Of a stretch of DNA of 64,000 nucleotides, positions 9,342-20,526 are shown one piece after another (position 1 is the stretch's first letter; each line of letters starts with the position of its first letter). The DNA is from Candidatus Falkowbacteria bacterium (GTDB taxonomy: Bacteria; Patescibacteriota; Patescibacteriia; JAACEG01): the NCBI GenBank assembly GCA_018651725.1, contig JABIDK010000002.1:36904-100903 (forward strand), given 5' to 3'. The translations under genes and the position numbers were made by a program. The notes under the pieces were generated by a model. The model did not search any database, was not told the DNA's origin, and saw only the letters and a list, made by a program, of their open reading frames with translations.

Positions 9342-11312
9342 TTATTTGATAGCACCTTCTGTTAAAAGATCTTCTTTAATACAAAAATCGCTTTCTTGGA
9401 TTGCATTTTTTAAGTTGGCTATGTATTCTTGCTTTGTTTTTGAGTCCAAATTAATGTTTCGTGAGGAAACATTATAAACATCGGTTTTTACGCTTCCTTG
9501 GATTACGACATCTTTATCTATGTAATCTATTCTTGATAGACATTTTCCCAAAACATTGTCCGGATGATTATCAGAAAATAAACTTTCACCAACAAAGTGT
9601 CTTGGTTTTTCCAATCCTATTAAGTCTAAAATAGTTGGAGAGATGTCAACGTGGGAGGCAATTGAGTTGATTTCATCTTTATATCCATCCGGGGTGTAGA
9701 TAAAAAATGGTAATTGATTATAGTTTAAAAAATTATTCATAACATTATCGGAATAAAAATTATAGTAACGATGATCAGTATAAACAACTACAATAGTGTT
9801 TTGATCTAAATTATTATTTTTTAATTCATCAAAAAGTACCTTTAAACTTTCATCAATATATTCAATAAATCCGATATAGATTCTAAGTGTATCTTCTTCT
9901 ACCTCTATTGTATTTAATATATCATCAGGGATTTTTCCTCTATACTTATTGATTTCTACGCCAAAGGCATCTTTGTAATAGTCCAACATCTCCTGATTGT
10001 GTGGGGAATGAGCTGTAAAACCAACCACATAAGAGACAAAAGGCTGTTTATTCTCTTGAACAAGCTTGTTTATCATCTTTTTTAAAACAAACGCATCCGG
10101 CTCTTTTTGACCAAAATAATCATTAAAATAAAGCTCTTGAAACCCCCATTTTTTAGCCAAAATATTCCGATCGTAAAACTCAGGGATCCCAGCATGAAAT
10201 AAAGCCGTATTATAGCCTAACTTCTCCCTTAATAGCTGAGGCAAGCAATAATAATCGTTATTTTTATAAGAATAATTAACCGGTGCCTCAGAATCGGGCA
10301 AAGCACTGCACAAAGCGGAAAACTCCGCGTTTATGGTTTCGCAACTATTGCCATAAAACTCTTTAACAGAGATATTATTGTTTTTCAGCTCAGTAAAATA
10401 AGGCAGAGGGTTAGGGTCCAGCCTAAAAACCCACTCCGGCACAGATTCCAGTTGATAAAAGATAATATTTGGTTTGTCTAATTTCCGTGGAGTTGTCTTG
10501 GGTAAGATATTTTCATTCTTTCCTATCTTGCCTAGTAAATAATTTATTTTTTCTCCAAACACAAGCGCTTTATATTCCTGACTTTTGTCGATCATTGCAT
10601 TTGTCTTACTAACAATAAAAGCATCGTACAAACCACCCCATAAAAAACCGCTTACTCCTAAATCACTTAAATAAGCCTTATGGCTCCACCAAGAATCTTT
10701 TGGATTATTCTTTGTGTAAAAAGTTGTCCCAAAAATTAACAAACTAAAAATTATAAGAATAAACCACATTCTCACCCTAAGTGAACGTAGTCGTGTTAAA
10801 CCACGAAATTCCTTTACTTTTCTCTTGCTTAGTGAGACGAGATTCGCTTGGAATGACAATTCCGGTTGTGATGCTAAAAAAATAATATCTTTATGAATCT
10901 TAACAAATAAATAGCTTGTTATTACAACGATTGACAAACTCGCTGTATACAGCCAAAGTGGGACTAAATATAAAAAATCAGTTAAAAAACTGATTAAAGC
11001 AAAATTTACACCCTTTGCTTGAGAAAAAGTTAGGGGTAAAAAAGTATCAAAAACTTGATAATAAGCAAAATTTATAAGCGCATAAAAGTAAAAAATAGAA
11101 TTTAAAAAAATAAAAAAACTAAGTAAATATTTATTTTTAGGAGTTACTGTCAAAACAACTAAAAATAAACTAACAGATAAAAATAAAAAAACACTACTAA
11201 GAGTAGTAAAATTTAGTCCAAGTAATTTAAAATAATAAAAAAAATACAAAAAAACACTTAACAGTAAAATCAAGTATATCGTAAACATTCTTTTTTTTAT
11301 AAAAAGATACAT
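9342..11312 (-). CDS. LtaS/MdoB-like sulfatase-family membrane phosphotransferase (polyglycerol-phosphate or phosphoethanolamine transferase-like)
   Basis: 656 aa. About 5 N-terminal TM helices then a soluble domain with sulfatase-type motifs (IIFYQLESVPEW; HAGIPEFYDR; VVGFTAHSPH; YTDHRYY). Confidence 0.65.
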   Translation of the reverse strand: MYLFIKKRMFTIYLILLLSVFLYFFYYFKLLGLNFTTLSSVFLFLSVSLFLVVLTVTPKNKYLLSFFIFLNSIFYFYALINFAYYQVFDTFLPLTFSQAKGVNFALISFLTDFLYLVPLWLYTASLSIVVITSYLFVKIHKDIIFLASQPELSFQANLVSLSKRKVKEFRGLTRLRSLRVRMWFILIIFSLLIFGTTFYTKNNPKDSWWSHKAYLSDLGVSGFLWGGLYDAFIVSKTNAMIDKSQEYKALVFGEKINYLLGKIGKNENILPKTTPRKLDKPNIIFYQLESVPEWVFRLDPNPLPYFTELKNNNISVKEFYGNSCETINAEFSALCSALPDSEAPVNYSYKNNDYYCLPQLLREKLGYNTALFHAGIPEFYDRNILAKKWGFQELYFNDYFGQKEPDAFVLKKMINKLVQENKQPFVSYVVGFTAHSPHNQEMLDYYKDAFGVEINKYRGKIPDDILNTIEVEEDTLRIYIGFIEYIDESLKVLFDELKNNNLDQNTIVVVYTDHRYYNFYSDNVMNNFLNYNQLPFFIYTPDGYKDEINSIASHVDISPTILDLIGLEKPRHFVGESLFSDNHPDNVLGKCLSRIDYIDKDVVIQGSVKTDVYNVSSRNINLDSKTKQEYIANLKNAIQESDFCIKEDLLTEGAIK

Positions 11313-11316
11313 GGAC

Positions 11317-11865
11317 TTATTTAACTTTCGATCTCAGAGCCTCCATTGCCCTGTGCAAAAGTACCCTGGTTGCTCCTTTGCTTCGTCCCATTACTTCGGC
11401 TATTTCTTTAGTTGAGTATTCCTCTACAAAACGAAGTAAAATTACCTCTTTGTATTCTTCTTTTATGCTATCAAGTTTTTCAATTATTTCTTTGACCTGG
11501 GCTTTAGTGTCTATTTTTTCAATCAAATTATCGGCCTTTAAATTATCTATGATATTATGATCTTCCAAGTCAACAGTTTCTTTGCCGTAATTTTTGCGAT
11601 AAAAATCAATAACTGCGTTCCTGGAAACTCTATATAAAAACGCTTTTATATTCTCTATTTCCACACCATCTCGAGCATACTGCCAAACACGCAAAAAAAC
11701 CTCGGAGGTTAAATCTTCAGCCTCTTGAACCCGAGACACCTTAAAGTAGATAAAACGATAAATCTTATCCACATACAAATCATAAAACTCGCCAAAAGCT
11801 TCTTTATCCCCTGCTTTAATCTTTGTTATTAATATTTTTTCTCTTATTTTACCCATAAAACCCAA
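11317..11865 (-). CDS. ECF-type RNA polymerase sigma-70 family factor
   Basis: 182 aa. Region 2 (FGEFYDLYVDKIYRFIYFKV...EDLTSEVFLRVWQY) and region 4 HTH (YSTKEIAEVMGRSKGATRVLLHRAMEALR). Confidence 0.85.
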   Translation of the reverse strand: MGFMGKIREKILITKIKAGDKEAFGEFYDLYVDKIYRFIYFKVSRVQEAEDLTSEVFLRVWQYARDGVEIENIKAFLYRVSRNAVIDFYRKNYGKETVDLEDHNIIDNLKADNLIEKIDTKAQVKEIIEKLDSIKEEYKEVILLRFVEEYSTKEIAEVMGRSKGATRVLLHRAMEALRSKVK

Positions 11866-11899
11866 AACAACGAGATTTTCTCATCTCTTTATATTAAAT

Positions 11900-11928
11900 A
11901 TAATAACAAAAATTTTATAAAAAAGCAA
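11900..11928 (-). promoter_or_regulatory. Sigma-70-like promoter for the ECF sigma gene (TTGCTT-17-TATTAT on minus strand)
   Basis: Reverse complement reads TTGCTTttttataaaatttttgtTATTAT about 35 nt upstream of ATG 11865. Confidence 0.35.
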
Positions 11929-11958
11929 TAAAAAAACGACATGCTTCGAACATGCCGT
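11929..11958 (-). terminator. Intrinsic terminator after hypothetical gene 11983-12276
   Basis: Minus-strand ACGGCATGttcgaagCATGtCGT hairpin followed by TTTTTTT. Confidence 0.5.
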
Positions 11959-11982
11959 TGTAGCCTTTTCTGTTTGGCTATT

Positions 11983-12276
11983 TTAATATCTGCCAAGAAG
12001 GTACGCTCTAAATACTGAATCTTTTAGTTGATATTTTAACCATATTTTTTTAAACCTATACTTATCTATACCTGTCTTAGACAATTCTTTGTCTATATAA
12101 CTAAGTATTTTTCTTACATTCTTTTTTATTTTTTTGGCATCAAAGTCGCATCGCTCGTTGTCGAGTTCCATCTGAATTGCTGTTTTTACTTTTTTAAAAA
12201 CCTCATCAACAAACGATATTTTAAACTCTGCTAATACATCTTTTAAAACTGCTTCATCAACTTTAAAATTAGCCAT
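11983..12276 (-). CDS. Hypothetical small basic protein
   Basis: 97-aa ORF co-directional with neighbours and followed by a terminator. No recognisable motif. Confidence 0.45.
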   Translation of the reverse strand: MANFKVDEAVLKDVLAEFKISFVDEVFKKVKTAIQMELDNERCDFDAKKIKKNVRKILSYIDKELSKTGIDKYRFKKIWLKYQLKDSVFRAYLLGRY

Positions 12277-12291
12277 TTTTTTCTCCTAAAT

Positions 12292-12993
12292 TTAAGGTTC
12301 GAGTTTATGTTTATTTTTTATTATCTCCACTGCTTTTTTATATTTTTTTACTTTTGGTAAGAAAGGTAATAATTTGTAGGCAAAACTCGGAATCCAGGCA
12401 CTCATTGTTCCGCCTGCTGATACTTGGAATAAAACTTCTGGAATCCAAATCCCAGTGTGCCCTTTTTCAAGCATTGTCAGCCATAAGTCCCAATCTTGAA
12501 GGCGTTTTATATTTTCATCAAATCCGGGAAAATGCTCGCGTCTAATTAACGACGAAGTATGAATATACGGCATTTCACGCAATTTTTCTGCATTAAATTT
12601 CCATAATTTAAAAGTCTTAAAACCAAATTTATGAGCCGAATAAACATAAGATCTATCAAGATTTTCCTTCAAAACATTCAACATCTTCTCCAACATATCC
12701 GGCTTCATCATAATATCAGCATCTAAAAAAATAACATACTTCCCTTTAGAATTAAAAAAACCACGGTTTCGCGCGGCCTGAGGTCCTTGATTCTCCTGAT
12801 GAATAACCAAAAAATCTATATTTTTTTCTTGAAATTTTACTTCATACTCATCCAAAACAATATTCAAATCATCCGTTGACTCATCATCAACCACAACAAC
12901 CTCAAAGCCCAAAAAACTCTGCTCCAAAATACTATCCAAACATTTTCTAATTTTCCCAGCCTGATTCCAAACCGGAATAATTATTGAGATCAT
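12292..12993 (-). CDS. Glycosyltransferase family 2
   Basis: MISIIIPVWNQAGKIRKCLDSILEQS...VVVVDDESTDD: GT2 N-terminal DXD-type fold. Starts 16 nt after the atpC stop. Confidence 0.8.
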   Translation of the reverse strand: MISIIIPVWNQAGKIRKCLDSILEQSFLGFEVVVVDDESTDDLNIVLDEYEVKFQEKNIDFLVIHQENQGPQAARNRGFFNSKGKYVIFLDADIMMKPDMLEKMLNVLKENLDRSYVYSAHKFGFKTFKLWKFNAEKLREMPYIHTSSLIRREHFPGFDENIKRLQDWDLWLTMLEKGHTGIWIPEVLFQVSAGGTMSAWIPSFAYKLLPFLPKVKKYKKAVEIIKNKHKLEP

Positions 12994-13009
12994 ATAAAAA
13001 ATTATTAAA

Positions 13010-13426
13010 TTACAATCTCTTTCTTCTCCGTACAACCTTCAATCGTGCTAATTCTTTTTCGATTTGAGCTGATAAAGCGGCGAACTCTCTAGCGTCTCCT
13101 GATTTTTTCTTTCGTAGTTCTTCGGCTCTTTTTCTGGCTTCTTCGGCTCGCTTTTCGTCGATTTCTTCGGCTCGTTCGGCTGTGTCTGCTAAAATTACGA
13201 TTTTATCAACAAGAACCTCCACAAATCCTCCGGAAACTGCCATAGTTACTTCTTCTTTTCCTTTTTTAGTAATAATTTCTCCTGGAACCAAAACAGAGAC
13301 CAAGGGAATATGGCCCGGCAAAACCGTAATTTGCCCATCCTGAGTTGGGATGGTTATTTGGTCTATCTCATCCTTAAGAACAGTCTTCTCAGGAGTAACT
13401 ATTTCAAAATTGATTTTATCAGACAT
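13010..13426 (-). CDS. atpC: F1 ATP synthase epsilon subunit
   Basis: FEIVTPEKTVLKDEIDQITIPTQDGQITVLPGHIPLVSVLVPGEI.. plus a C-terminal helical hairpin. Last gene of the atp block. Confidence 0.9.
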   Translation of the reverse strand: MSDKINFEIVTPEKTVLKDEIDQITIPTQDGQITVLPGHIPLVSVLVPGEIITKKGKEEVTMAVSGGFVEVLVDKIVILADTAERAEEIDEKRAEEARKRAEELRKKKSGDAREFAALSAQIEKELARLKVVRRRKRL

Positions 13427-13434
13427 AAAATTTT

Positions 13435-14826
<1,392 letters not shown>

Positions 14827-14890
14827 TTAATTTTATATTTTTAAATAAATTTTAATTTAATCAATGACTTTATGGGCTTTCGACTTTTGA

Positions 14891-15847
14891 TTACCCACTC
14901 ATCGCGGCTGCTCCGGCGGAAATCTCCGCAATCTCGTTGGTTACGCTTGCCTGGCGAGCCTTATTATAATACAAAGTCAAATCTTCGATCATCTCTCCAG
15001 CGGCGTCAGATGCATTTCTCATGTTAAGCATTCGCAAAGAGTGTTCACTGGCGTTAGCTTCAAGTAACGCCTGATAAAGCTGAATCTCAATCAATCTTGG
15101 TATCATTTGGTCCAAAACTTCTTTAGTGCTTGGCTCAAATGTATATTCAAAAGAATATTTTCCTTTTTTTAAATATTTCTCTTCTTTTTCTTTAATAAAT
15201 TCTTTAGTTAAACCGATTCTTTCATCTTTTCCCACAATTCCCAAATAATCATCTTCTGTATCTAAATCAATTGGCAAAAGTTGTTTAACACGTGGAACCT
15301 GATTCACAGAAGAGATAAAATCAGTATAAGCAACCATTATTTTATCGTACTCTCCCTTTAAAAAACTTTGAATTACCATCTTTGATAAATCACTCACCTC
15401 GTAAATTCCAGTTGCCAGATCGGGCTTTGGAAAATCAAAGACAACATTATATTTATGTCGCAAAATTATCTCTGCTCCTTTTCTTCCCATTGTAACAATA
15501 TCGGTGATCTTTTCACCACCATTATGTTTTTTAATGGAGTCAATCGCTTTATTTACCAGCTGAATGTTATATCCTCCACAAAGACCACGATTAGAACTGA
15601 TCAAAACCAATAAAATCTTTTTATATTGTTCCTTCTTCTGAAGTAACGGATGAACGCTATCACTATTTGTTTGGGACAAATTTAAAATCGTATTCCAACT
15701 CAAATTGGCGTAAGGTCTTGTTGCTATAACCATATTAACCGCTCGTCTCATCTTTGAAGCAGCCACCATCTCCATCGCTTTCGTGATTTTCTTGGTATTA
15801 CCAACGGATTTTATTCTTCGTTGTATATCCTTTGTACTAACGGGCAT
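14891..15847 (-). CDS. atpG: F1 ATP synthase gamma subunit
   Basis: 318 aa. N-terminal IQRRIKSVGNTKKITKAMEMVAASKMRRA and C-terminal EIAEISAGAAA helices typical of gamma. Confidence 0.9.
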   Translation of the reverse strand: MPVSTKDIQRRIKSVGNTKKITKAMEMVAASKMRRAVNMVIATRPYANLSWNTILNLSQTNSDSVHPLLQKKEQYKKILLVLISSNRGLCGGYNIQLVNKAIDSIKKHNGGEKITDIVTMGRKGAEIILRHKYNVVFDFPKPDLATGIYEVSDLSKMVIQSFLKGEYDKIMVAYTDFISSVNQVPRVKQLLPIDLDTEDDYLGIVGKDERIGLTKEFIKEKEEKYLKKGKYSFEYTFEPSTKEVLDQMIPRLIEIQLYQALLEANASEHSLRMLNMRNASDAAGEMIEDLTLYYNKARQASVTNEIAEISAGAAAMSG

Positions 15848-15853
15848 AGATAA

Positions 15854-17392
15854 TTATTTCTCTTTTTTGATTAGATAATCTAAAGTTTTTTTGTAATCTT
15901 TTATTTTTTCAGTTACTTTTTTGTTTGTCTCTTCACTAATATCTCCTGTTTCTTTGATTGCTTTTAGTTCTTCTTTGGCTGATGTTGTTAAATATTTATG
16001 CATTGCTGTTTCAAATTCTTTTACTTTTTCAACCGGGACATCATCAAGTAATCCCTCTGAAGTGGCAAATAAAATAGCTACTTGATTTTCAACCGGCATT
16101 GAGTCGTACTGATCTTGCTTTAATACTTCGGTAATTCTTTTTCCTCTTTCCAGTTGCTTTTGAGTAGCTTCATCCAAATCTGAACCAAATTGAGCAAAAG
16201 CAGCCAACTCTCTGTATTGAGCCAAATCCAATCTTAACTTTCCGGCAACTTTTTTCATGGCTTTAATTTGAGCGGCTGAACCTACGCGAGAAACTGAAAG
16301 TCCGGCGTTAACGGCCGGTCGAATACCTTGATAGAACAAATCCGGCTCAAGATAAATTTGTCCATCGGTAATAGAAATTACATTGGTCGGAATATAGGCG
16401 GAAACATCTCCTGATTGAGTTTCAATAATTGGCAAAGCAGTTAAAGAACCACCACCAAAGTCTTTATTTAATCTGGCAGATCTTTCCAGTAATCTTGAGT
16501 GAAGATAAAAAACATCTCCAGGATAAGCTTCTCGTCCCGGTGGTCTTTTTAAAAGTAATGAAATTTCACGATAAGCAACCGCGTGTTTACTAAGATCATC
16601 ATAAACCACTAAAGAATCTTCACCTTGATCCATAAAATATTCACCAATCGCACACCCGGCGTACGGAGCAATAAAAGAAAGTGAGGCTGGATCAGATGCT
16701 CCGGCAACCACGATAATAGTGTTGTCCATGGCTCCTCTTTTTTCTATCTCTGCTACAATTCTAGCTATTTTAGATTCTTTTTGTCCGATTGCAACATAAA
16801 TCGAAACTACTCCTTCGTTTTTTTGATTGATAATCGTATCAACAGCAATAGCTGTTTTTCCGGTTTGTCTATCCCCAATAATAAGTTCTCTTTGCCCTCT
16901 ACCAATCGGAATCATAGCGTCAACCGCTTTTACTCCGGTTTGAAGAGGAGTATCAACTGACTGTCTGGTAATTACTCCGGAGGCAATCTTTTCCACAGGG
17001 TAAAATTTATCTGCCTTGATTTCTCCTTTACCATCAAGCGGTCGGCCAAGCGGATCGATCACTCTTCCAATCAAACCTTTACCAACCGGAACCTCTAAAA
17101 TCTTTCCTGTTGACTTTACCTCCATACCTTCTTTAATTCCCAAATAATCTCCTAAAATCATCGCTCCAACAGTATCTTCTTCCAAATTCAATGCTACTCC
17201 AAAAACAGATTCGCTTTTCTCAGTCGTAAATTCAAGCATCTCTGAAGACATACAATCAGACAACCCTGAAATCTTAGCAATCCCATCACCAACCTCAAGA
17301 ACAGTCCCGACTTTTTCTTTCACAGTCTCTGCTTTAAAATCCTGGATTTGTTTTTTTAACGATTCAATAATGTGATCTTTTTGACTTGACAT
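15854..17392 (-). CDS. atpA: F1 ATP synthase alpha subunit
   Basis: 512 aa; [11 protein letters not shown] Walker A; alpha-specific C-terminal domain. Confidence 0.95.
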   Translation of the reverse strand: MSSQKDHIIESLKKQIQDFKAETVKEKVGTVLEVGDGIAKISGLSDCMSSEMLEFTTEKSESVFGVALNLEEDTVGAMILGDYLGIKEGMEVKSTGKILEVPVGKGLIGRVIDPLGRPLDGKGEIKADKFYPVEKIASGVITRQSVDTPLQTGVKAVDAMIPIGRGQRELIIGDRQTGKTAIAVDTIINQKNEGVVSIYVAIGQKESKIARIVAEIEKRGAMDNTIIVVAGASDPASLSFIAPYAGCAIGEYFMDQGEDSLVVYDDLSKHAVAYREISLLLKRPPGREAYPGDVFYLHSRLLERSARLNKDFGGGSLTALPIIETQSGDVSAYIPTNVISITDGQIYLEPDLFYQGIRPAVNAGLSVSRVGSAAQIKAMKKVAGKLRLDLAQYRELAAFAQFGSDLDEATQKQLERGKRITEVLKQDQYDSMPVENQVAILFATSEGLLDDVPVEKVKEFETAMHKYLTTSAKEELKAIKETGDISEETNKKVTEKIKDYKKTLDYLIKKEK

Positions 17393-17474
17393 ATTGTTAT
17401 TTTTTTGTTAAATTATTATTTATATTAAAAATTTGTTGTTTACAATTTAATTTGGAGTTGGAGGAGGTATCCAT

Positions 17475-17669
17475 ATGAAATGCAATCTGTGCAATAAAGA
17501 AAAAAGTGAAAAAATCATTTTTTGTGGAATATGCTACGGCTGTATCAATGATTTTAAATTACGAGAACAATTAGAGCAAGAAATCAGGGAAGCTTTACCA
17601 ACAAAAGATTTACAAAAAAAATTTATACACCTTTTATTGTTAACAAAATTCCACGAAATGCTTAATTAA
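17475..17669 (+). CDS. Small zinc-ribbon protein (CxxC-x10-CxxCxxC)
   Basis: 64 aa, MKCNLCNKEKSEKIIFCGICYGC.. then a helical tail. Strong SD (GGAGG) 5 nt upstream of ATG. Antisense to the atp operon. Confidence 0.55.
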   Translation: MKCNLCNKEKSEKIIFCGICYGCINDFKLREQLEQEIREALPTKDLQKKFIHLLLLTKFHEMLN

Positions 17670-17682
17670 AGGAGATTAAATT

Positions 17683-17970
17683 ATGGCCAGATTTGAATGT
17701 AGTAAATGTCGTGATATTACAATGCTTGTTCCAAGCCTTGATGTATGCCCTGATTGTTTTGGAGAAAATTTTGCGGAAATTGCACCGACGTTATCCACCC
17801 TACAAAAACAAAAACTAATTACGATCCTCCGCAATCAAAAGGGTATGGCTAAGTACGCCGAGGAATTGCTTACAGATTGGTGGAAAGAAGTAAATTATCA
17901 AAACTCTGAATTAGAGTTAACCGATACTCAAAGAATGGGACATGCGATGCTAAACCAGCATCGCGGTTAA
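17683..17970 (+). CDS. Small zinc-ribbon protein (CxxC-x12-CxxC), paralog-like of the preceding ORF
   Basis: 95 aa, MARFECSKCRDITMLVPSLDVCPDCF.. SD AGGAG upstream. Lies 13 nt after the previous ORF. Followed by a plus-strand terminator. Confidence 0.55.
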   Translation: MARFECSKCRDITMLVPSLDVCPDCFGENFAEIAPTLSTLQKQKLITILRNQKGMAKYAEELLTDWWKEVNYQNSELELTDTQRMGHAMLNQHRG

Positions 17971-17999
17971 TTTCTCTTCAGCCAATTTTATCCCCCAAA

Positions 18000-18030
18000 G
18001 GATTTCAGGAAAACTTGAAGTCCTTTTTTT
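18000..18030 (+). terminator. Intrinsic terminator for the zinc-ribbon gene pair
   Basis: GGATTTCAGGaaaaCTTGAAGTCC (10-bp stem with 2 G-U pairs) + TTTTTTT. The minus-strand version has only a weak U tail, so atpH-to-atpA read-through is plausible. Confidence 0.5.
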
Positions 18031-18430
18031 ATCGACTTAAATCTTGCTTTAAAAGAGCTAACTTTTTTTTTAAACTTCCATCAATTACTGTGTCATTATA
18101 CTTTAAAATCAATCCTCCCAGAATATCTTTTTGAACTTTATTGTTTATAATTATTTCTTTTTTATCTAACATTTTAGAGATATTTTTATTCAACAGCTCA
18201 ATAACTTCATTATCTAATTTATAAGCACTTATTACTTCAACTTTTGCTCGTCCTTCTTTTTTATCTAAAATATCGTTAAACTCATCGATGATCTTATCAA
18301 CTATTTTCAAATCGTTGTTTTTTACTAAAACTTTAATAAAATTTTTTATAATCATTTCTAAATCACCCTTATCTGAATCGATAGTCACATCGTACAAACT
18401 CAAAGCATATTGTTTAGAGGTAATTTTCAT
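18029..18430 (-). CDS. atpH: ATP synthase delta (OSCP) subunit, short form
   Basis: 133 aa, YALSLYDV...ISAYKLDNEV..LGGLILKYNDTVIDGSLK, typical delta C-terminal domain. Position between atpF and atpA. Confidence 0.8.
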   Translation of the reverse strand: MKITSKQYALSLYDVTIDSDKGDLEMIIKNFIKVLVKNNDLKIVDKIIDEFNDILDKKEGRAKVEVISAYKLDNEVIELLNKNISKMLDKKEIIINNKVQKDILGGLILKYNDTVIDGSLKKKLALLKQDLSR

Positions 18431-18918
18431 AAATCCTTAACGGTTTTTTCAATCATCTTTTTATCTATTTTATCGTTCATTTCCTTACCAACTGTTTTTT
18501 CAATGGCAAGCATCACAACATCGGCTATTTCTTTCTTAGTGTCTTCTACGATTTTTTCTTTTTCTTGTGTAATTTGCTCTTTGGCTTTTTTAATAATTTC
18601 AGCCACTTCTTCTTTTGTCTTCTGAACTGACTCTTCTTTTTGTTTGTTTGATTGTTTTTCTGTTTCACTTAAAACAGCCATTGCCTCTTTTCTAGCCTCA
18701 GCCATTTTTTGATCATAATCTTTTTCTGCTTTTTTTAATTTTTCTTCAATTTGCTTAGCATCATCCAAACTTTTGACAATTTTATCTTGTCTTTTTTTAA
18801 GCAATTTTAAAATTGGATTATACAAAAATTTATACAACACCAAAAGCAAGATAATAAAATTAATTATCTGGGCAATAAGAAGTGTTGGATGAATTCCCAG
18901 TTTATTCAATAATTCCAT
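18427..18918 (-). CDS. atpF: Fo ATP synthase subunit b
   Basis: One N-terminal TM, then a long charged coiled coil (KEAMAVLSETEKQ...). Confidence 0.85.
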   Translation of the reverse strand: MELLNKLGIHPTLLIAQIINFIILLLVLYKFLYNPILKLLKKRQDKIVKSLDDAKQIEEKLKKAEKDYDQKMAEARKEAMAVLSETEKQSNKQKEESVQKTKEEVAEIIKKAKEQITQEKEKIVEDTKKEIADVVMLAIEKTVGKEMNDKIDKKMIEKTVKDL

Positions 18919-18927
18919 AGAAAAATA

Positions 18928-19215
<288 letters not shown>

Positions 19216-19259
19216 TTATATCAATCTAAATTAAGAATTTATTTTTAATTATAAATTTA

Positions 19260-20039
19260 TTAATGCTCGCTATGATCTATTGTCGCTGACTTTAAGAATA
19301 CGAGTGTTAACATTGAAAATACCAATGCCTGAACGAATCCAACAAACAGCTCTAAAAATAAAAACGGTAACGGTAATATATTAAAAAATACAGGTAGTAA
19401 AAATAAAGCTACTAAAAGCAAGGCCTCGCCGGCAAAAATATTTCCAAACAATCGAAAGGAAAAAGAAATAACCTTGGAAAACTCAGAGATAACCTCTAGA
19501 ATGCCAACAAAACTGCCGATAAAATAAGGTTTTTTAAAAGGACTAACAAAAAATTTAGACAAATATTTTCTTGTTCCTAAAAACGCAATACCGATAAACT
19601 GGGTAAAAAATACGCTGACAATAGCAAGCGCTAAAGTCACATTAAGGTCAGCCGCGGCTGAACGAACAAAAGGAACAACAACTTCTTTGCCATGATGAAC
19701 TTCTTTAACTCCTATTGTTCCAAGCCCTGGTACAACCTCTATCCAGTTAATTAAAATTACAAAAATAAAAATAGTCGCAACCAGCGGAAAAAACTTTTGT
19801 GTTTGCTTACGATCTCTGGTCACGCTGTCAACCATATTTAAAAGAGCTTCTAAAACTGATTCTATAACATTTTGCAAACCTTTTGGAACTATTTTAAAAC
19901 TTTTTCTTAAATACAAACTACCGACAATAACAATTAAACTGGTAATTAAAGTAATAACCGTGGTATTTGTGATTGGAAATCCGTGAATATGAAAAATCGG
20001 TTCCGGCGCGATTGAAATTACTAAATCTTGAATACCCAT
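19260..20039 (-). CDS. atpB: Fo ATP synthase subunit a
   Basis: 5-6 TM protein with the essential Arg region (FSFRLFGNIFAGEALL). Start taken at the internal Met (MGIQDL..) to avoid overlapping the upstream gene. Confidence 0.85.
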   Translation of the reverse strand: MGIQDLVISIAPEPIFHIHGFPITNTTVITLITSLIVIVGSLYLRKSFKIVPKGLQNVIESVLEALLNMVDSVTRDRKQTQKFFPLVATIFIFVILINWIEVVPGLGTIGVKEVHHGKEVVVPFVRSAAADLNVTLALAIVSVFFTQFIGIAFLGTRKYLSKFFVSPFKKPYFIGSFVGILEVISEFSKVISFSFRLFGNIFAGEALLLVALFLLPVFFNILPLPFLFLELFVGFVQALVFSMLTLVFLKSATIDHSEH

Positions 20040-20043
20040 ATTT

Positions 20044-20433
20044 TTAGCTTTTAACTTCGTTAGCTTCACTAGCTTCACTGACTTCGTTGGCCTTTGAATT
20101 ATTTGCTTCCTCCCCATTCTCTGTAACTACCTCGTCCTTCACGGTTTCTTTGTTTTCTGAATTTTCAACAGTGGGTGTTTTTTCAAAACTACCAATTGCT
20201 TGCTTTGACTTTTTATAAACAATAAAACTGGAAAGAAAAACCGATAACACTACGGCTGATAAAAATAAAAAAGGGCTTGTTCCAAGTTTCTTATCCAAAA
20301 ATCTCCCACCCAAAGCTAAAACCACAAGCGGTATCGCAATTGAATATCCCAACTCCAAGGCAAAAGAAATCGCCAAGGGATTGTTGTCCTGTTTCTGTTG
20401 GTTAACGGATTTTTTTTCTTGTGTCTCCATTTT
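20044..20433 (-). CDS. AtpZ/AtpI-like small membrane protein preceding atpB, with acidic repeat tail
   Basis: Two TM helices (LAISFALELGYSIAIPLVVLALGG; FLFLSAVVLSVFLSSFIVY). Sits upstream of atpB. C-terminal ANEVSEASEANEVKS, encoded by a 9-nt tandem DNA repeat. Confidence 0.45.
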   Translation of the reverse strand, partial: KMETQEKKSVNQQKQDNNPLAISFALELGYSIAIPLVVLALGGRFLDKKLGTSPFLFLSAVVLSVFLSSFIVYKKSKQAIGSFEKTPTVENSENKETVKDEVVTENGEEANNSKANEVSEASEANEVKS

Positions 20434-20481
20434 ATAAAAACAAAAAACGAATATGGCCTCGACCACACTCTTTATATAAAT

Positions 20482-20510
20482 ATAATAGAAATACTTTTAA
20501 CTTTTGTCAA
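20482..20510 (-). promoter_or_regulatory. Candidate atp operon promoter (TTGACA-17-TATTAT on minus strand)
   Basis: Reverse complement of 20482-20510 reads TTGACAaaagttaaaagtatttcTATTAT, about 40 nt upstream of the atpZ-like start. Confidence 0.4.
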
Positions 20511-20526
20511 ATTTTACGAGTGTTTT

